From contig OZ024741.1 of the NCBI GenBank assembly GCA_964016885.1, positions 335,854,001 through 335,918,000 on the forward strand: 64,000 bases of DNA. The letters are read 5' to 3'. The stretch comes from Eledone cirrhosa (taxonomy: Eukaryota). Positions within the stretch are counted from its first letter, which is position 1. Each line of letters opens with the position of its first letter. This document shows positions 29,058 to 43,683 of this stretch, one piece after another. A program made the translations under genes and the position numbers. The notes under the pieces are model-generated. The model searched no databases, had not been told where the DNA came from, and saw only the letters and a program-made list of their open reading frames with translations.

Positions 29058-29266
29058 GCACAAACATATGTATGTGTGTATATATATATATGTATATATA
29101 TGTATGTATGTGTATATATATTTATATATATATATATTTATATATATACACATATATAAATATACATATGTATAAATATATATATATACACATATACATA
29201 CATACACATATATATATACACACACACATATCATCATCATCATCATTATCAGTTTTAATATAGAAG

Positions 29267-29317
29267 AGCTTCTACAGGACTAGAACTGTTTCATCCGTGA
29301 GAAATCATTAGGGAGCT
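29267..29317 (-). ncRNA. decayed hammerhead ribozyme motif
   Basis: Minus strand: AGCTCC-CTAATGA-tttctcacggat-GAA-ACAG-ttctagtc-CTGT-A-GAAGCT. Stems I and III pair, GUA site, core G5 mutated to A. Confidence 0.55.
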
Positions 29318-29649
29318 GATCTATATATATATATATACACACACACAGGCATACTCACTTGGATTTTCGTATCAGTTTATTAGTTTACTCTCAATTTATC
29401 ATACAAATATTAAAACTAAATTGTTTCCCTGAAGTTTTGTGTATATAAAAGTTTCATGGTAGGAATGCTTAATGAACTTAATTAATTAGCTATATTTTAA
29501 TTACAATATAATTTAATTTAGTTTATACAATTAAGAAACTACTATTTCACCTTTCTTTTCAATATGTAAAACTTTCTTTATCTTAACAATTTTATAGTTA
29601 GTCTTTCAAACTATATTTTTCCATCATTACATATGAGTCATGAACAAAA

Positions 29650-29850
29650 CAGAATGGAAGAATCAGGAAGAGCATCTAGGTAGATTTGGCTGAAGAAAGG
29701 TGGCCTGTGTATTCAGTAGAATGTATACCACATGTGACACAAATTGAGGCTTGTTTAACATTGGATGGATCATCTGGATGAAGGTGATTATGTTGTAAAT
29801 CATGAAGCACCCAATGAATCCAGGAAACAACATTGATGATATGTTCAAGT
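29650..29850 (+). mobile_element. possible NeSL/Hero-like non-LTR 3' remnant
   Basis: ESGRASR*IWLKK followed by cacccaatgaatccagg...ttgatgatatg; motif recognised from memory only. Confidence 0.4.
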
Positions 29851-29877
29851 ATTTGTATCTGTAGTTGGACCACCATT

Positions 29878-30035
29878 ATGAGAGTGTATGTTGAAAGACT
29901 CTAGTTGAGTCACCTGGATGAGTGTATGATGTAAGACTCTAATGTTTTAAGACCCTAGTTGAGTTACCTTGATGAAAATGTTTGTTGTAAGACTCTAGTT
30001 GGCTCACCTCAATGAGTGTATATGTTGAAAGACCC
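29878..30035. repeat. short ~40-bp tandem repeat (gagtgtatgttgaaagactctagttgagtcacct)
   Basis: About four degenerate copies. Confidence 0.8.
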
Positions 30036-30520
30036 AAAACGCCCAATGTGTCCAGGATACAACACTAATGTTATGTCTATGGTTTTTTTCATCCATGGTT
30101 ATGTGAAGAACTATCATTCTTAAAAAACAAAAACCCCAAAAACAAATAAAAAAAACAAACAAATAAATTCTTTGCAACATGATGAATATTAAGTTGACTT
30201 GTTTCATATACAAAACATTTACATAGTAGCCCTTAAATGATCTAGTAGTATATAGTTGTTGTATCTTGTTAAATATGGTCTTCCTGGTTATACAATATTC
30301 TTATTTAAAATTCAGTTGTTAAAGACTTTCATGACCAGATTTATAATGAAATACATTGTCTAGGACTTTCAGTCAATTTTGAAAATAATCAAAAATTCAT
30401 AGAGATATACGTAAAATAACTATTTGGTCTTTTTTTTTAATATAAAATTATTTGGAACATAAAAACAAATTAAATTTGAATTATGAAATTAATACTTTAA
30501 AATAGGGTGTTTTGTATAAT

Positions 30521-30800
30521 GCGGAGGCACATAACCTAGTGGTCAGGGTGTTGGACTTAAGGTCATAATGGTATGGGTTCGATTCTTGGACTGGGTTGTA
30601 TGTTGTGTTCTTGAGTGAAACACTCCATTTCATGTTGCTCCAGTATACTTAGCTGAAAATGAGTACTAGCAATAGTTGGGGGTTTAACCCTAAAGTAGAC
30701 TGGCATCCTATCCACAGGGAGTCTTCTACTTTCAATTGCATTATACAAAGAAACCAGGATAAGCACTGGCCTGATGAGCCTTCAGGCTTGAAACAAACTT
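30521..30800 (+). mobile_element. SINE with a B-type head and a different tail (related pieces at 33770-34050)
   Basis: ggaggcacataacctagtgg, GGTTCGATTC B box, tail gaaaccaggataagcactggcctgatgagcc. Confidence 0.8.
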
Positions 30801-31929
30801 TTAAAATAACTATATTTTGTCATGGTAAATTTGATGTCTGGAACATAAAACATAAGTTAAGGCTGAAATTATGAAATGAATAATTTAAAACAAGAAATGT
30901 TGTATCATAAAATCAGAAACAGTTTCTTGTGGGTTGATGTAAAAAAGGGGTTTATATTTATAACTATATTATTTCATAAGGTATTTTTTTCTTTTTAATA
31001 AATCACCTAAAATACTTCTTTGGACGAATCAGTTTATCCTCCTAAGACTATAGATCTGTGCCTAAAAAGTTCTCTCAAGCACAGACTTGCACAAAGTTTT
31101 TTGTGGGAGACCAGCAGTCACCAGTGTGACAATGTTGCAGGCAAATTGAGAATGCAACCCACCAGTTGTCTCCTAAAGTTTCATTTATGGTGGTGGCATA
31201 TGGAATAAAGTTCTCTCATTTTTTAAATTTATCAGAAATTGTTACTTTGAAAATGTTATCAACCACAAAAGAGTGGAAATTCAAAGTTAACCTTAGTGGG
31301 ATTTGAACTCAGCATGCAGAAATTCAGAACAGGCTGAAAGAGATATAAAATCGCATCATGTCTTATGTTCTAACAAAGCTGATAACCCATTGCCCCTGAA
31401 CTGCTACTTTATTTGTTGACCCTAAAAGGGTGAAAGGCTAATAACTCAACACTTTAATGACTATCAATTTGTTGCCTTAACTTTTTTACTACCAAACTGC
31501 TTGAAACTGTTTCTGGTTTTACAATAGTGGATTTATCTAAAATCATTCCATCTGAATTTCATATAAGACCCGTCATGTTTTCAACACCAGATGAATAATG
31601 AGAACTTTAGTTATATTAATAAATCCCTTGAAATTCACAGTAACAACATTCTTGCTTTGGAAGAAAGAAAGAGTTAAACTCAAATTGTGTCTATCAGAGT
31701 AGAAAACCTTTTTGATATTTGAACATTGTAATCAGCTTATATTAAGCATTGAATTTGGCAGAGACCTTATGGTGTTGGATAGAATGCTTTGCAGTATTTG
31801 TTCTGGTTCTCTGCACTCTCAGATGAAATCACATTCAAGTCAACTCTGCCTGTTATCCTTATAGAGGTTGATACATAAAGAACCAGTCTAGCACTAGGAA
31901 CTAATCATCCCATTCCTCTCTCTCTCTCT

Positions 31930-31967
<38 letters not shown>

Positions 31968-34354
31968 AGAAATTATTAGTTGTGTCCAGACCTCAAAAGG
32001 GATAGGCTCTATGCCCTTACTACTCCAGTAGATAAGGATCCACAGCATGGCTATAACAATTTGTTTATTGTCATAATGCACATGATAGCTGACACCTCTT
32101 TTTACTTCCCAAAATAGGTTAGCTATCATTCTTATATCAAACTCTGTATTAAGAAATGGAGAAACCTTTTGCTTGTAAATGAAATTTTGCTTGTTCAGAG
32201 TTTGAAACCATCTACTAATAAAGGTTTTAGAAACATTATTTTTTGGGGGGGTGTATGAAACAAATATGTTTTTTTTACCATAAAATTTGATGTCAAAATT
32301 TGTCTACATCATGTACCCTGAATAAAAATTGTAAATACTTTTAAAACTATATTCTTCAAAATAGGGGCGCATCAAATATACTGGTGTGTTTTATCATTGA
32401 AACCTTGTTGGTTTCAAAGATGAGTGTTCCAGTTATTCAATCTTAATTGTAATTTTCAGGGAGATTTAGTGGGACATAGTGTATGGCAAGACTGATGCTT
32501 TGAATCACAAGTACTGTCAATCCAATTATGACAGCAGCGTTACCACTTTACAGAGTGTACTGGATGTATTTTATCATAACAGCACTGTTACTCTACAGGA
32601 GTTTACTGGATGCATTTTATCATGATACAAGCACTACCACTTTACAGAGTGTACTGGTGGCTTTTATCATGAAATTTAAGTTGCGTATGTATAAATATGT
32701 ATGATTAAACAATTTTTCTCAGCCCAGATGTGACCAAATAACTGTTAATACACCTGTAATTTATCTTCAGGTACTACAAAAATTTTCTGCATTCATCCAT
32801 TGTAGTATCTAATTTTACTGAACTCATATGCTGTGTGAACCACAAATTTCACTGATGCTACATTTAAACTGAGGGTTAACCCTTTCATTACTACCTTTCT
32901 AATAAAAGTCACTGCTCATGATTTTGAAATAATTTTGAAAATAATAAAGAGTTTGAAGAGATCAAATAATGTAACTAACTTGCTCATTATTTATCTGGTA
33001 CTTGGAACGTAACATAATAAATGTTGCCACATAAAATTACAGTGGAAGGTTTTTAGACAGATATAAACACTTTAAAATACAAGGAGCAGTTTCAGATGAT
33101 TTCGCATCGAATGTGTTCCTACATGTGTGAAAAATTTCAGCACTTGAACTAAAATTCAAATCTTGGTGTATTTGTTAATTTTGGAAAAGACAAAGATGCC
33201 AACCATTTTACAGAGTGTACTGGGTATATGTTATCATGACACCAGCACTAACACTTCACAGAGTGTAATGGTTGCTTTTATCATGACACCAGCACTACCA
33301 CCTTACAGTGTGTACAGGGTGTATTTTATCATGACTACCACTTTACAGAGTGTTTAAAATGGCTAATACAAAAATGTAAATAAGTTTATATAGTTGTTAT
33401 TTAACCCTAGATCAGCTCTAATTGGACAGATTTATAATCAAAAGAAGATAGAGAGTTGGTCGAGTCATTAAAATGGAAGATAGAATTCTTTGTGGTATCC
33501 ATTCCAACTCTCTATAGTTCCTTTTTTCAATTCAATTAAGTTCCAGTTCAGTACTGGGGTTGATTCTTCCTCTTTCTCTGGAAGAAATTATCTGTATTTA
33601 AACCTGGGGATGGACGAACTCTCTCAGGCTTAAGATAACTATGTGTCCCAACAGCACCATTACAATTCCATCAGTAATTATAGGAGCATCCATGCATGCA
33701 GCATCATCACAAGATCAAAAGTATTCCAGCCATGACATCTTCCTGTTCCTCGTGCTAGTATATTCTTCCACATTGCTCCAATGTACTCAACTGAAAACGA
33801 GTACCAGCAATAGCTGGGAGTTTAACCCTGTGATAGAATTGTGTCTTGTTCAAGAGTTAGTCTTGTATTCTCAGTTACTTAACACCACGAAAACTGGGAT
33901 AATTACAAGCCTGATGAACCTCCAGGCTTGAGACAGACTTTGATGCTGTAATGGACTGGTCTCTGTCCAGGAGGGAGGATTGTACTCTTTGTCACTTAAC
34001 ACCACAGAAACCGGGATAAACACTAACCTGCTCCGAGCTCGACACAGATTTTAGGCTTTAATATTTCATGCTACATGATTGTCCAATATTTTTGTCTATC
34101 TTAAAGATAATAGAATGTGATATTGAAGGAGAGGAGAGATTTAGTGTCATTTTATGCAAGTTAAACGATCAGCATATTGGTTTGAAGGAAATGGTTGTGA
34201 TGTTTTGTTGTTGTTTAGCCCAGGGTCAGCCATGATTCAAAAACCTATGATCAACTATATTTACATCATAACCATTGTATTTCTTATCCAGAAATACTCT
34301 ATCCCTAACCCCATTCTCCAATCTGCTCTTTCAATAGAAGGTGGTGTATGGTTT

Positions 34355-34730
34355 AGGGGACACAGCACTGTTGAATGGTTAAGGAGTTTGGACCACAATC
34401 ATTGTGTTCAATTCCCCACTGTGTGGCATCTTGGTCATTTACCATAGCCTCAGGCAGACCTATGTCTTGTGAGTGAAGATGAGTAGAGAGAAACTGTTTG
34501 GAAATGTGTTCAATAGACTGACAGTACCTGTAATTCAAATGGCCAATCTGATCACACACCACACACAGTGTCGTCCCATTGAATCTCCCTGAGAATTACA
34601 TTAATGGTACACATATTTATGGGAAAACTCAGTTGCTTAATTTCATGGTAATTTCATAAGCAGGCTGTTCAATTTATCAAAGAAACTGTAACACTCATCA
34701 TTTAAACTGATACAAGTTCATTCCATTCCA
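34355..34730 (+). mobile_element. diverged SINE family C (related copies at 41720-41935 -, 42380-42510 -, 61205-61350 +)
   Basis: gttcaattccccactgtgtggcatcttgg...atagcctcaggcagacc...cttgtgagtgaa...tagagagaaactg shared among copies. Confidence 0.7.
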
Positions 34731-35056
34731 GTGTGTGTGTGGTTTGTGGGTGATTTTACTGCTCTTTCTAGCAACTTCTTTGAGCCCTCCTAAGTTTTCT
34801 AAGCCTGTTGTAGATGTCAGATAAGTATAGATCAAAGAAAAGAGAAGCTGAGCTAATCTCAAGCCATCTTAGAAGGTGGAAATTATCAGAAAATTAAGCT
34901 AAGTTACAGACTTAACATACATCAATTTACTGCGATTTTTTGCACCTATTACCAAATTTGGCCTTTTCTATTTCTAGTTATAATCTCTTCCTCCCTCTCA
35001 CTCTATTCTCTCTCTGTCACTGTCTCTCACTATATATGTATACATGTGTATGTCAG

Positions 35057-35089
<33 letters not shown>

Positions 35090-35090
35090 A

Positions 35091-35121
<31 letters not shown>

Positions 35122-36257
35122 CTATGTATGTATATGCATGCATATATATATATATGTATATGTGTGTCTTTCATTTGCTCTCATTCATCTGCACATACAT
35201 ACTCAGACACTCACATACGTACACTCACAACCACACATATATACATACATACACACACACGCACACACACCTTTGGCTTTGCTCATTTGCTTAGTTTTCT
35301 GTTTGTTTAAGTAGAAAGAATAAAAGAATAGGTTTATGGATTTACCTGATTAGTTCAGTATCTAAGGATCAAAGAAAACATATCTGACCTGAAAAAACAC
35401 ACACACCACAACAACAACAACACTACTACCAATAAAAAAGAACAACAATACCACCACCACCATCAATAACAACAACAACAACAACAACAATACCACCTCC
35501 ACCAACAACAAGGACAACATGATTTCAGGCTAACAAATTCAATGATAAGCTAGTTTGAAGGGCTATAATGATAGGATACAATCAATACAATCTCCTTTCT
35601 CTCTCTCTGTTCTTTCCCTGATTCCTGTTTAACTGAAAGATTCCTTTCTCATTTTGTCAATGGCTTGTCCTTGCCATTTTACTGGGAATATTTATTATCG
35701 GAAAGAATAGAAAAATGTTATTTTCTTATTTCCTTATTTTGTGATTTTTGTGATTTTGTTATTTGCATTTTTTTTTCTGTATTTTGTATATATGTGTATA
35801 TATATATATATATATATGAATGTATTTATGTGAGTATATGTGTATGTCTGTGTCTATGTATATGTACCAACACACATATTTGTGGTTGCATATATATATA
35901 TATATATATGTTCTCTTTTGTTGCTGTTAAGATATGTACACCCCCTGTTAAACAACTTCTATTTTCCTGATGAAAGCACAGAGCCTGGCATTTAGAAATA
36001 TGAAAGAACATATGTTGTTCTCTCATCTCTGTATAAGTAATATTAGATACTCAGACATCAAAATCTACATACAATATGTACATTTATGATGTTGTGTACA
36101 TGTGTTGATGTGTAATATTGTGTATTGCAGTCATACATATACATATACATACATATACATATGTACAGATATACATACATGTGTCAGCACATATAAATAT
36201 ATATATATATATATTTGTTTATGTGTATGTGTACACCTGAATGAATATATATATATG

Positions 36258-36321
<64 letters not shown>

Positions 36322-36751
36322 TCAGATTCATATTAAGGCTGACAGAGACACAGAACTGTAACAATATATACATATGAAAGGATTCCTAAAAAAAAAAATT
36401 CTTTATTGCATATACTTGATAATTTCATATTATTATTGTATATATATTTTTTTTTCATAAATTATTTTCCTTCTCTTTCTTCTCCCCCACTCCATTCAGC
36501 CACCCATCTGCCTTTTTTTCCTATTTTTCCCTGGTATTTATGGTTACAATTGTTCTTTCTATGAGAACAGTAGCAAAGCACACACATAATCTTTATAGTG
36601 ACCTCTTCCAATACACACAGTAACACAATCTAAGTGATTATATATATATATATATTTGTATGCATGTATGCATGTATGTATATATGTATGTATGAATGTG
36701 TGTTTGTGTGTACATCCATATATATATTTGTTTATGTATGTGAATGTGTTC

Positions 36752-36797
<46 letters not shown>

Positions 36798-36852
36798 ATG
36801 TGTATATATATATATGTGTGTTTATATATATATGTATGTATATATATATATA

Positions 36853-36883
<31 letters not shown>

Positions 36884-37558
36884 GTGAGTGTATATATATA
36901 TATGTATGTGTATATATATATGTATATGTGTATATATATATATATGTGTATATATATGTATATGTGTATATATATATATATGTGTGTGTATATATATATG
37001 TATGTGTATATATATGTGTGTATGTATGTAAATGTGTATATATATGTATATATATATATATGTGTGTGTGTGTGTATACACACATAACAAAGAAAAAAAT
37101 GAATAAATCAAGAAATAGTGAAATAACAAATCAGACACTGTTAGCTTTCAATTTCACTTGAAGCAAACTGTGCAGCATTGATGTGTTTTCATTAGAGGGA
37201 GTGAGTGAATACTTCCTTTACTGTATACTCTATAGTAAATAGTAAATCTCTGTCTAACTGGGTTAATGTATCTTACTTTCACTTTCACTTTCAGGAATAC
37301 ATTCATGATGCTGCACCACTAGAAATTGGCACCCTTGCATTCCACATTCATTGGTTGATTACCTCTTGTTGTCACTTTCTAAACCATAGGATGTCATTAC
37401 TGTTGGCAAACTTGCTCTTCATACAGCCAACAATAAGGCAAGCAAGCATCTGTTATTCTTGTGTATAAACACACCTACACACACACAAACTTATATATAC
37501 ATACACACACACACATATATATATATATATACACACACATATATACACCCACCCACAT

Positions 37559-37589
<31 letters not shown>

Positions 37590-38557
37590 GACACACACAC
37601 ATATTTATGTTCAGTTGAACGAAAGAAAGAATGAGTGAAATCAGAATTTATGGACAAAGACAAGAAAACCATGGAGTATTTGTATTTGGATCGAAGAAGC
37701 AAGAACACGTTTATAGAGACGCTTAAAGTAGGCAGACAGTGTGTGCATGCTAAGCAGCATATTGAGAGCTGATGGGAAGCCATGTGCCTGTATAACAATG
37801 AGGATGAACTTATTGGTTGTGATTGATGCTTCATGTCAGAAGACATAGCAAATGAAATTAGTTTTCAGCCATGTTGCTCTGCTCCCAGTTGTCCAGCTTC
37901 TGAAAGATACCAAGTAAATGGGTGCTTAAAATGCTGATAATATCTGTAAGGTGAAATATGTAGAAAGCAAAGCAAAGCAGCATTCAATTCAATTCATTCC
38001 TTCATTCATTGGCTGCCCTGGTAATGAGAGATGTCTTCTTCCTGCAGTATATTGTGACTGAGAATAATCAGGGTCATACAAGTACCGACTAAGATTAAAT
38101 CATGCAACATTTTGCTGGAAAATTACCCTCAGAATACAGTATTTTACAAGAAAATCAATGTTGATAGCAATTTTCAGAGCAGATATCCACCATTGTTATA
38201 TCTCATGATCTGTTCCTATAATTGCTATATAGATACATAAGATAGATATATATATAAATAAGATATATATACATACAATCACATATTTTTGTGTATGTGA
38301 TGGATTCACATTGTTCATTAGTGCGAGTATATTTATCTATGTATATATAGATAGATTATTGTTCTTCTTTACCAAAGAATGCCATCTGTATAACAGGATC
38401 TAATCATGCCAGGATTATTATAAAGTAAAATCTGGAATCTTTTTACCTGATTCAGATAGAGAATTCAATGTTATTGTCAAATCTATGAACGCTATCAGCA
38501 AATAGTCATTATTTCCAAAGCCATTGAATTTAACTCTTTAATACGATCTTCTAAGAC

Positions 38558-40963
38558 ATGTTAATGCAGGTGTGTATGCTGCTGTTTTACATGCATTCTT
38601 CTGAGTGTGTAGATTTTACATACCACGTGAATGAAAATGAAAATCCCGGTATATATTTTGGTGATTTAGGTATAGATACTAGATTTCTGGAGAGTATTTC
38701 AGCAACAGATCATAGTTTGATATGGTTTAGCCAATTACAGGAAGACAAGATGGGAAACCTATTGTTTAATGTTTCAAAAACAGGAAGACTTTACACTGCT
38801 AAGTCATTAGATGCTGAATCTCTCTGTAAATACAACACTGAATGCTCTGTCATGGTGGACATTGCTGTGAGGAAAGGAAAATCATTTGCCAAAATATTAG
38901 AAGTGAAAGTTATAATAGAAGATATCAATGATAACCAACCAAATTTTCCAAATAACAAAGTAAATATCAACTTTGATGAAACAGATGGCAGGGGAACCAG
39001 GCGAGCTATACCAAATGCTATGGATAAAGATGTGAATTTATTAAATTCACAAATCACTTATGAATTAATAAAACAGGAGGATGACCCCTTCACGTTAGCT
39101 GTTTCCAGAAGAGTTGACAGTTCCTATTCTTTAAGTATAACATTAGAAAATAAATTAGACAGAGAAGTAAAAGACACATATGAGCTGCAAGTAATTGCTA
39201 AAGATGGAGGGACTCCATCAAAACATGGTATCTTGGATGTTCAAATATCAGTCACAGATGAAAATGATAACCCACCAGTTTTTTCTCAAGACATTTACAA
39301 TGTTACAGTGAATAACAGACAAGCAAAAGAGATACCAGTTCTTATCCTATCAGCTTCTGATTTAGATTCAGGTAAAAATGGAAATGTATCATACTATTTT
39401 AGTTCCATGACATCTGATAGAGCAAAATCATTTTTTGAAATAAATAAAAATACTGGAGAAATCTTTCTTCGACAAACATTTAAACCAGAAAAGAAACAAA
39501 CTTATAAACTATTTATTGAAGCCAGAGATAATGGCAATCCTCCTCTCAGTTCTGTTGTACCAGTTGTGGTCAATATTATCAATAAACAAAATAATGCTCC
39601 AGTGATTGAAGTCAATTTTTCAGAATTAACTGGAAACACAGCAACTATTTCTGAAGCAATGGAAGTTGGCAGCTTCATTGCATATGTGAAAATTGTTGAC
39701 AATGATATTGGTTTGAATGGACAAGTGACATGTGACCTCCAGCATAATAAGTTCACACTTCAGAGTCTTGGTCAGAAGAGATACAAAGTATCAGTAACGC
39801 AGACTGTTGATAGAGAAAGTGAAAGTAAAATAAATTTTACAATTACTTGCAATGATAGAGGAAGTCCTTCTTTGAAAACAGAACACAAGTTTTCTCTTAA
39901 AGTAACTGATGTCAACGATGTTAAACCACAATTTACTAAAGAAACATTTAAATTTTTAACATATGAAAATGAAAAACCTAATTTTCCTGTTGGTTTCATT
40001 AATGCTACTGATCCAGACTTAGGGATTGGTGGTGATCTTACATATGCTTTACTTAACACTAACAAGCATATCCTTCCTTTTGAAATCTCTGATTATGGGT
40101 TTATTTTAGCAAAACAATCATTAGACCGGGAACAGCAAAGTATTTATAAATTCAAAGTTTTAGTCAAAGACAATGGAACTCCTTCATTAAACAACACAGC
40201 AAATGTTATCGTTGAAGTTATGGATGAAAATGACAATGCACCATATTTTGTTTTCCCCAGTGTCGATCCTTTCAGTCTTGATGTTTACTACCAACCTCAA
40301 ATCAGCAATGATATAACAACATTGAGAGCATCTGACAGAGATATTCGACAGAATGCTTTTCTAAAATATGGAATAATGGAGGGTAACAATAGACAGTTAT
40401 TTTCAGTGAATCCTTACACAGGAGTCTTGTCGTTTTCACGTACAGTTTACCAAAACGATGCTGGGTCATATGCACTCAGGTTTTTTGTCAAAGACAGTGG
40501 TACACCAGTTTTGTCAGCAACAACTACACTATCCTTAACATTAACTGTAAGTAACAAATCCTCTACAAAACTAACAGCAGTTCACTTACAATCAGATGAC
40601 AAAATACACATTAATTTATTTATTATAATAATTGTTGCTGCTGTGACTGTATCAGTGTTATTGGTTGTCTCCATAACTGTGTGTATTGTAAGGAGAAACA
40701 ATCTACAGAGCAGTCAGCATATATTTAGAACAGAGCCACAGAAACGCCATGTTAATAGACATACAGAGTCAGAATATTCTTGTGCAAAGCAAGTATCATC
40801 TATTCACGAGAGTGCTGATGTTTTACAAAACATCGAGAAAGACGAAGATCTGCATCACATGTGGTCTAGAGGAAATCTTTCCTTGGAACATAAATCAAGT
40901 CCAAAACTTCGGGATCCTTCAATTGAGATTCACTGTCAGACACTTACCAGTGGAAACATTCCT
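38558..40963 (+). CDS. protocadherin large exon: signal peptide, 6 cadherin repeats, transmembrane helix, start of cytoplasmic tail
   Basis: 805-codon ORF with DINDNQP, LDRE, DENDNPP, VDRE, DVNDVKP, ATDPD, DENDNAP motifs; hydrophobic TM INLFIIIIVAAVTVSVLLVVSITVCIV at ~40610-40690; phase-0 CCT|GTAAGT at 40964, four codons before the ORF end (unspliced stop at 40975). Confidence 0.97.
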
Positions 40964-41069
40964 GTAAGTAAATAGATTTTCTTTTTTTACTAATCTTTTA
41001 CTAATCTGTTCATATAATTTCAGATGTTTCTTGCCTATACTTTTGTAACTTTTCTGTCAATGGCACTTA

Positions 41070-41276
41070 CTGTATATACTCAAATATAAGTCAAGGAATT
41101 TGTAAGCGAAAAATCGATAGTAGAAAAGGGTTCGGCTTATATTCAGGGTCAATATTTTGACAATTTTCACCAACTCCAAATTCTATGTAAATTGCGTTTC
41201 CATTTTTGCCAATTTCTCAGACGTAAAAAATGGGGTCAGCTTATATTTGTATTGGCTTATATTCGAGTATATAGGG
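41070..41276. mobile_element. pogo/Tigger-like MITE
   Basis: TIRs CTGTATATACTCAAATATAAGTC / GGCTTATATTCGAGTATATAGGG, flanked by TA on both sides. Confidence 0.85.
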
Positions 41277-41283
41277 TACATTC

Positions 41284-41575
41284 TGTTACAAATACCATTT
41301 TAATGATGAAATAATTAATAATTTCAGTAAACACCTCCAAATTATTAATTAATTAATTTAAATACAGTGTATTTCATTAGAATTATGTTAATGAAAGGGT
41401 GGAAGTGTTCCTATTTATATAAAACCATTCCAACATAATTTGATATAAGAAACTTATATTATGTTACAAATACCATTTTAATGATGCAATAATAATTTTA
41501 GTAAATCCTTCCACATTTTTAATTAAATGAAATACTGTGGATGTCATTGGAAATATGATAATGAATGGGTTAATG
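41284..41575. repeat. old ~178-bp-period local duplication
   Basis: tgttacaaataccattttaatgatg at 41284 and 41462, with continuing similarity. Confidence 0.8.
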
Positions 41576-43683
41576 AAAGAATAGAATGTTGACAATATAG
41601 TTAAGAAGAATTTATTTTATCAATCTCTGTTTGTCACACTGTTAAATTACTTGACATAAATATATACAGACACAAACATAAACGCAGAGACACACACATG
41701 CGCGTACATACGCACACATGTACCACAGGCTTCTGCAGTTTCCGCTTACCAAATTCCACTCACAAACACAAACATATGTACCACAGGCTTCTGCAGGTTC
41801 CATCTACCAAATTCCCTTGAAAAGTCATTGGGCAACCCAAGTGTAGTAAAAGACACTTACTGAAGGTGCTACACAGTAGGAGTGAACACAGAACTACAGG
41901 GTTGTGAAGTAAACACACTAACCACACAGCCATGTCTTATTGGAACACCATCAATGTCACAACATCCACTTAATATATGTGTTAAATCAATAAATCTTGA
42001 TCCCTTTACTGTTGGGTAGATATGAAATGTCAACCCACTTGTTTTCTCCTACAATCTCTTGCATTGCCAAATATTTTACTCTTTAACAAAAACATTCATA
42101 TTTACTGAACTGCACAGCGACACCTACATTCATGTACAAGCATACACACACACATACACATGCATATACACACCTACACATACATATACACATCTACACA
42201 TTCACATACACACCTACACACACACACCTACTCATTCAAACCTACACATATTACTCACATTCACATATATATATATAGGCATATGCCCACACCACACGCA
42301 CATGCATATACAAGCATACACACACACATATCTACACCTACACACACATACTCATACACACATTACACACACACTACCACAAGCTCCTGCAGTTTTCATC
42401 TGTCAGATTTTACTGACAATGCATTGGTCAACCCGAAGCTAGGGACACTTACCATACAGTGGGACTGAACCCTCATCACATGTATTTTCAAAGTGTATTA
42501 CTTAACCATAGTGTAATGCTTGTTTATTTTCATTAGAAATATTATTAACAGAAATAACTATTTGTAACTTAGACTTTCTGCAAAGTTTAAAGAATCAATA
42601 AGAATTTAAAAGTGTAAAAATTGAAATTTATTACTGTTGCTGAAATTAGATGTTCGCAATTGTTCAAATGTCTTGTGTGTAATATAGTTGTTTACAATTA
42701 AATTTTCTAGATGCTTTTAGCATTTCGGATATGTTATTTTCATTTTTTTTTTTTATTTCATTTATTTCCATTTTCAATGATGAAAATACTCTTTCTTTCT
42801 TATTAAAAATATTTTTTGATAAATGCATTTTCTTAAATTGTAAAATGTTAATATATGTGAAGGGGGTGTGTGTGCATGTGTATGTCCATTTAATAATTGT
42901 CAATTTTGAAGCAATTCTAAATTCTTCTTTTATCCATTAAATCAATGACTTTTGTTTTCAATTTCTTCCTTAATTAGAAGGCGGGCTTTCTAATTATTAA
43001 ATACACTGAATTTTAAATCTTCCTTGTTGAGTAAAAATTCTTTTAAGCACACTGAATTTTAAATATGCCACATTATATCTTTCTGCCTCCCTTCTCTCCT
43101 TAGCTTATTCATTAATCTATTCTATAAAACAGAAGCATGCCTTTTAAAGATAACTTTTTGTCTCAGATGATGGTTTGAATCAAAATTAGGGTACATATCT
43201 CTAAAACATGTTATCTCTCCAACAGCTATTCTATTTTTGACAAAAGCAGTTTTAAAATTTACAAAAAAAAAAAAAAGGACAGTTACTCTAAATAGAGTTG
43301 ATATCGTGATGAATGCTTTAGAAATTTATTATTTTCTAATTCAAGTTTTCTATAAGATCACAGAAGACAATGAGTTGACTGGCTTCAACAATTTATTTTA
43401 TTTAATGAATAAAAGGCAATAATAGATTCCACTGCTAAATGCAAGCTATCTTTGGTATAAGAGATAATGTATGTGAAAAATGAAATATAATAATAAGAAG
43501 AATAAGAATAATAGGAAAAATAACAAGAACATATTAAAACTGAAGTATTATATTTTATAAGATAGATGGACTTCAAATCTGCTATATAACAATGACATGG
43601 CTATGGTAGTTTGTCATGCATATCTGAATTGAAAATACAGGATGGTGGTGGTGGTGGAGGTAGTGATGATGATCATGATAATA

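Noticed and set aside
30770-30796. CTGATGAGCCTTCAGGCTTGAAAC hammerhead-like string
   Set aside because: Extra bases before GAAA, no stem I or III, and related SINE tails at 33910-34050 lack GAAA.
26060-37161. Many YI/VC/HT-rich ORFs
   Set aside because: Translations of (TA)n, (TG)n and (CA)n.
38791-40065. Antisense ORFs within the protocadherin exon (likewise + strand ORFs at 47113-48480 within the RTE)
   Set aside because: Shadow ORFs of real coding sequence on the opposite strand.
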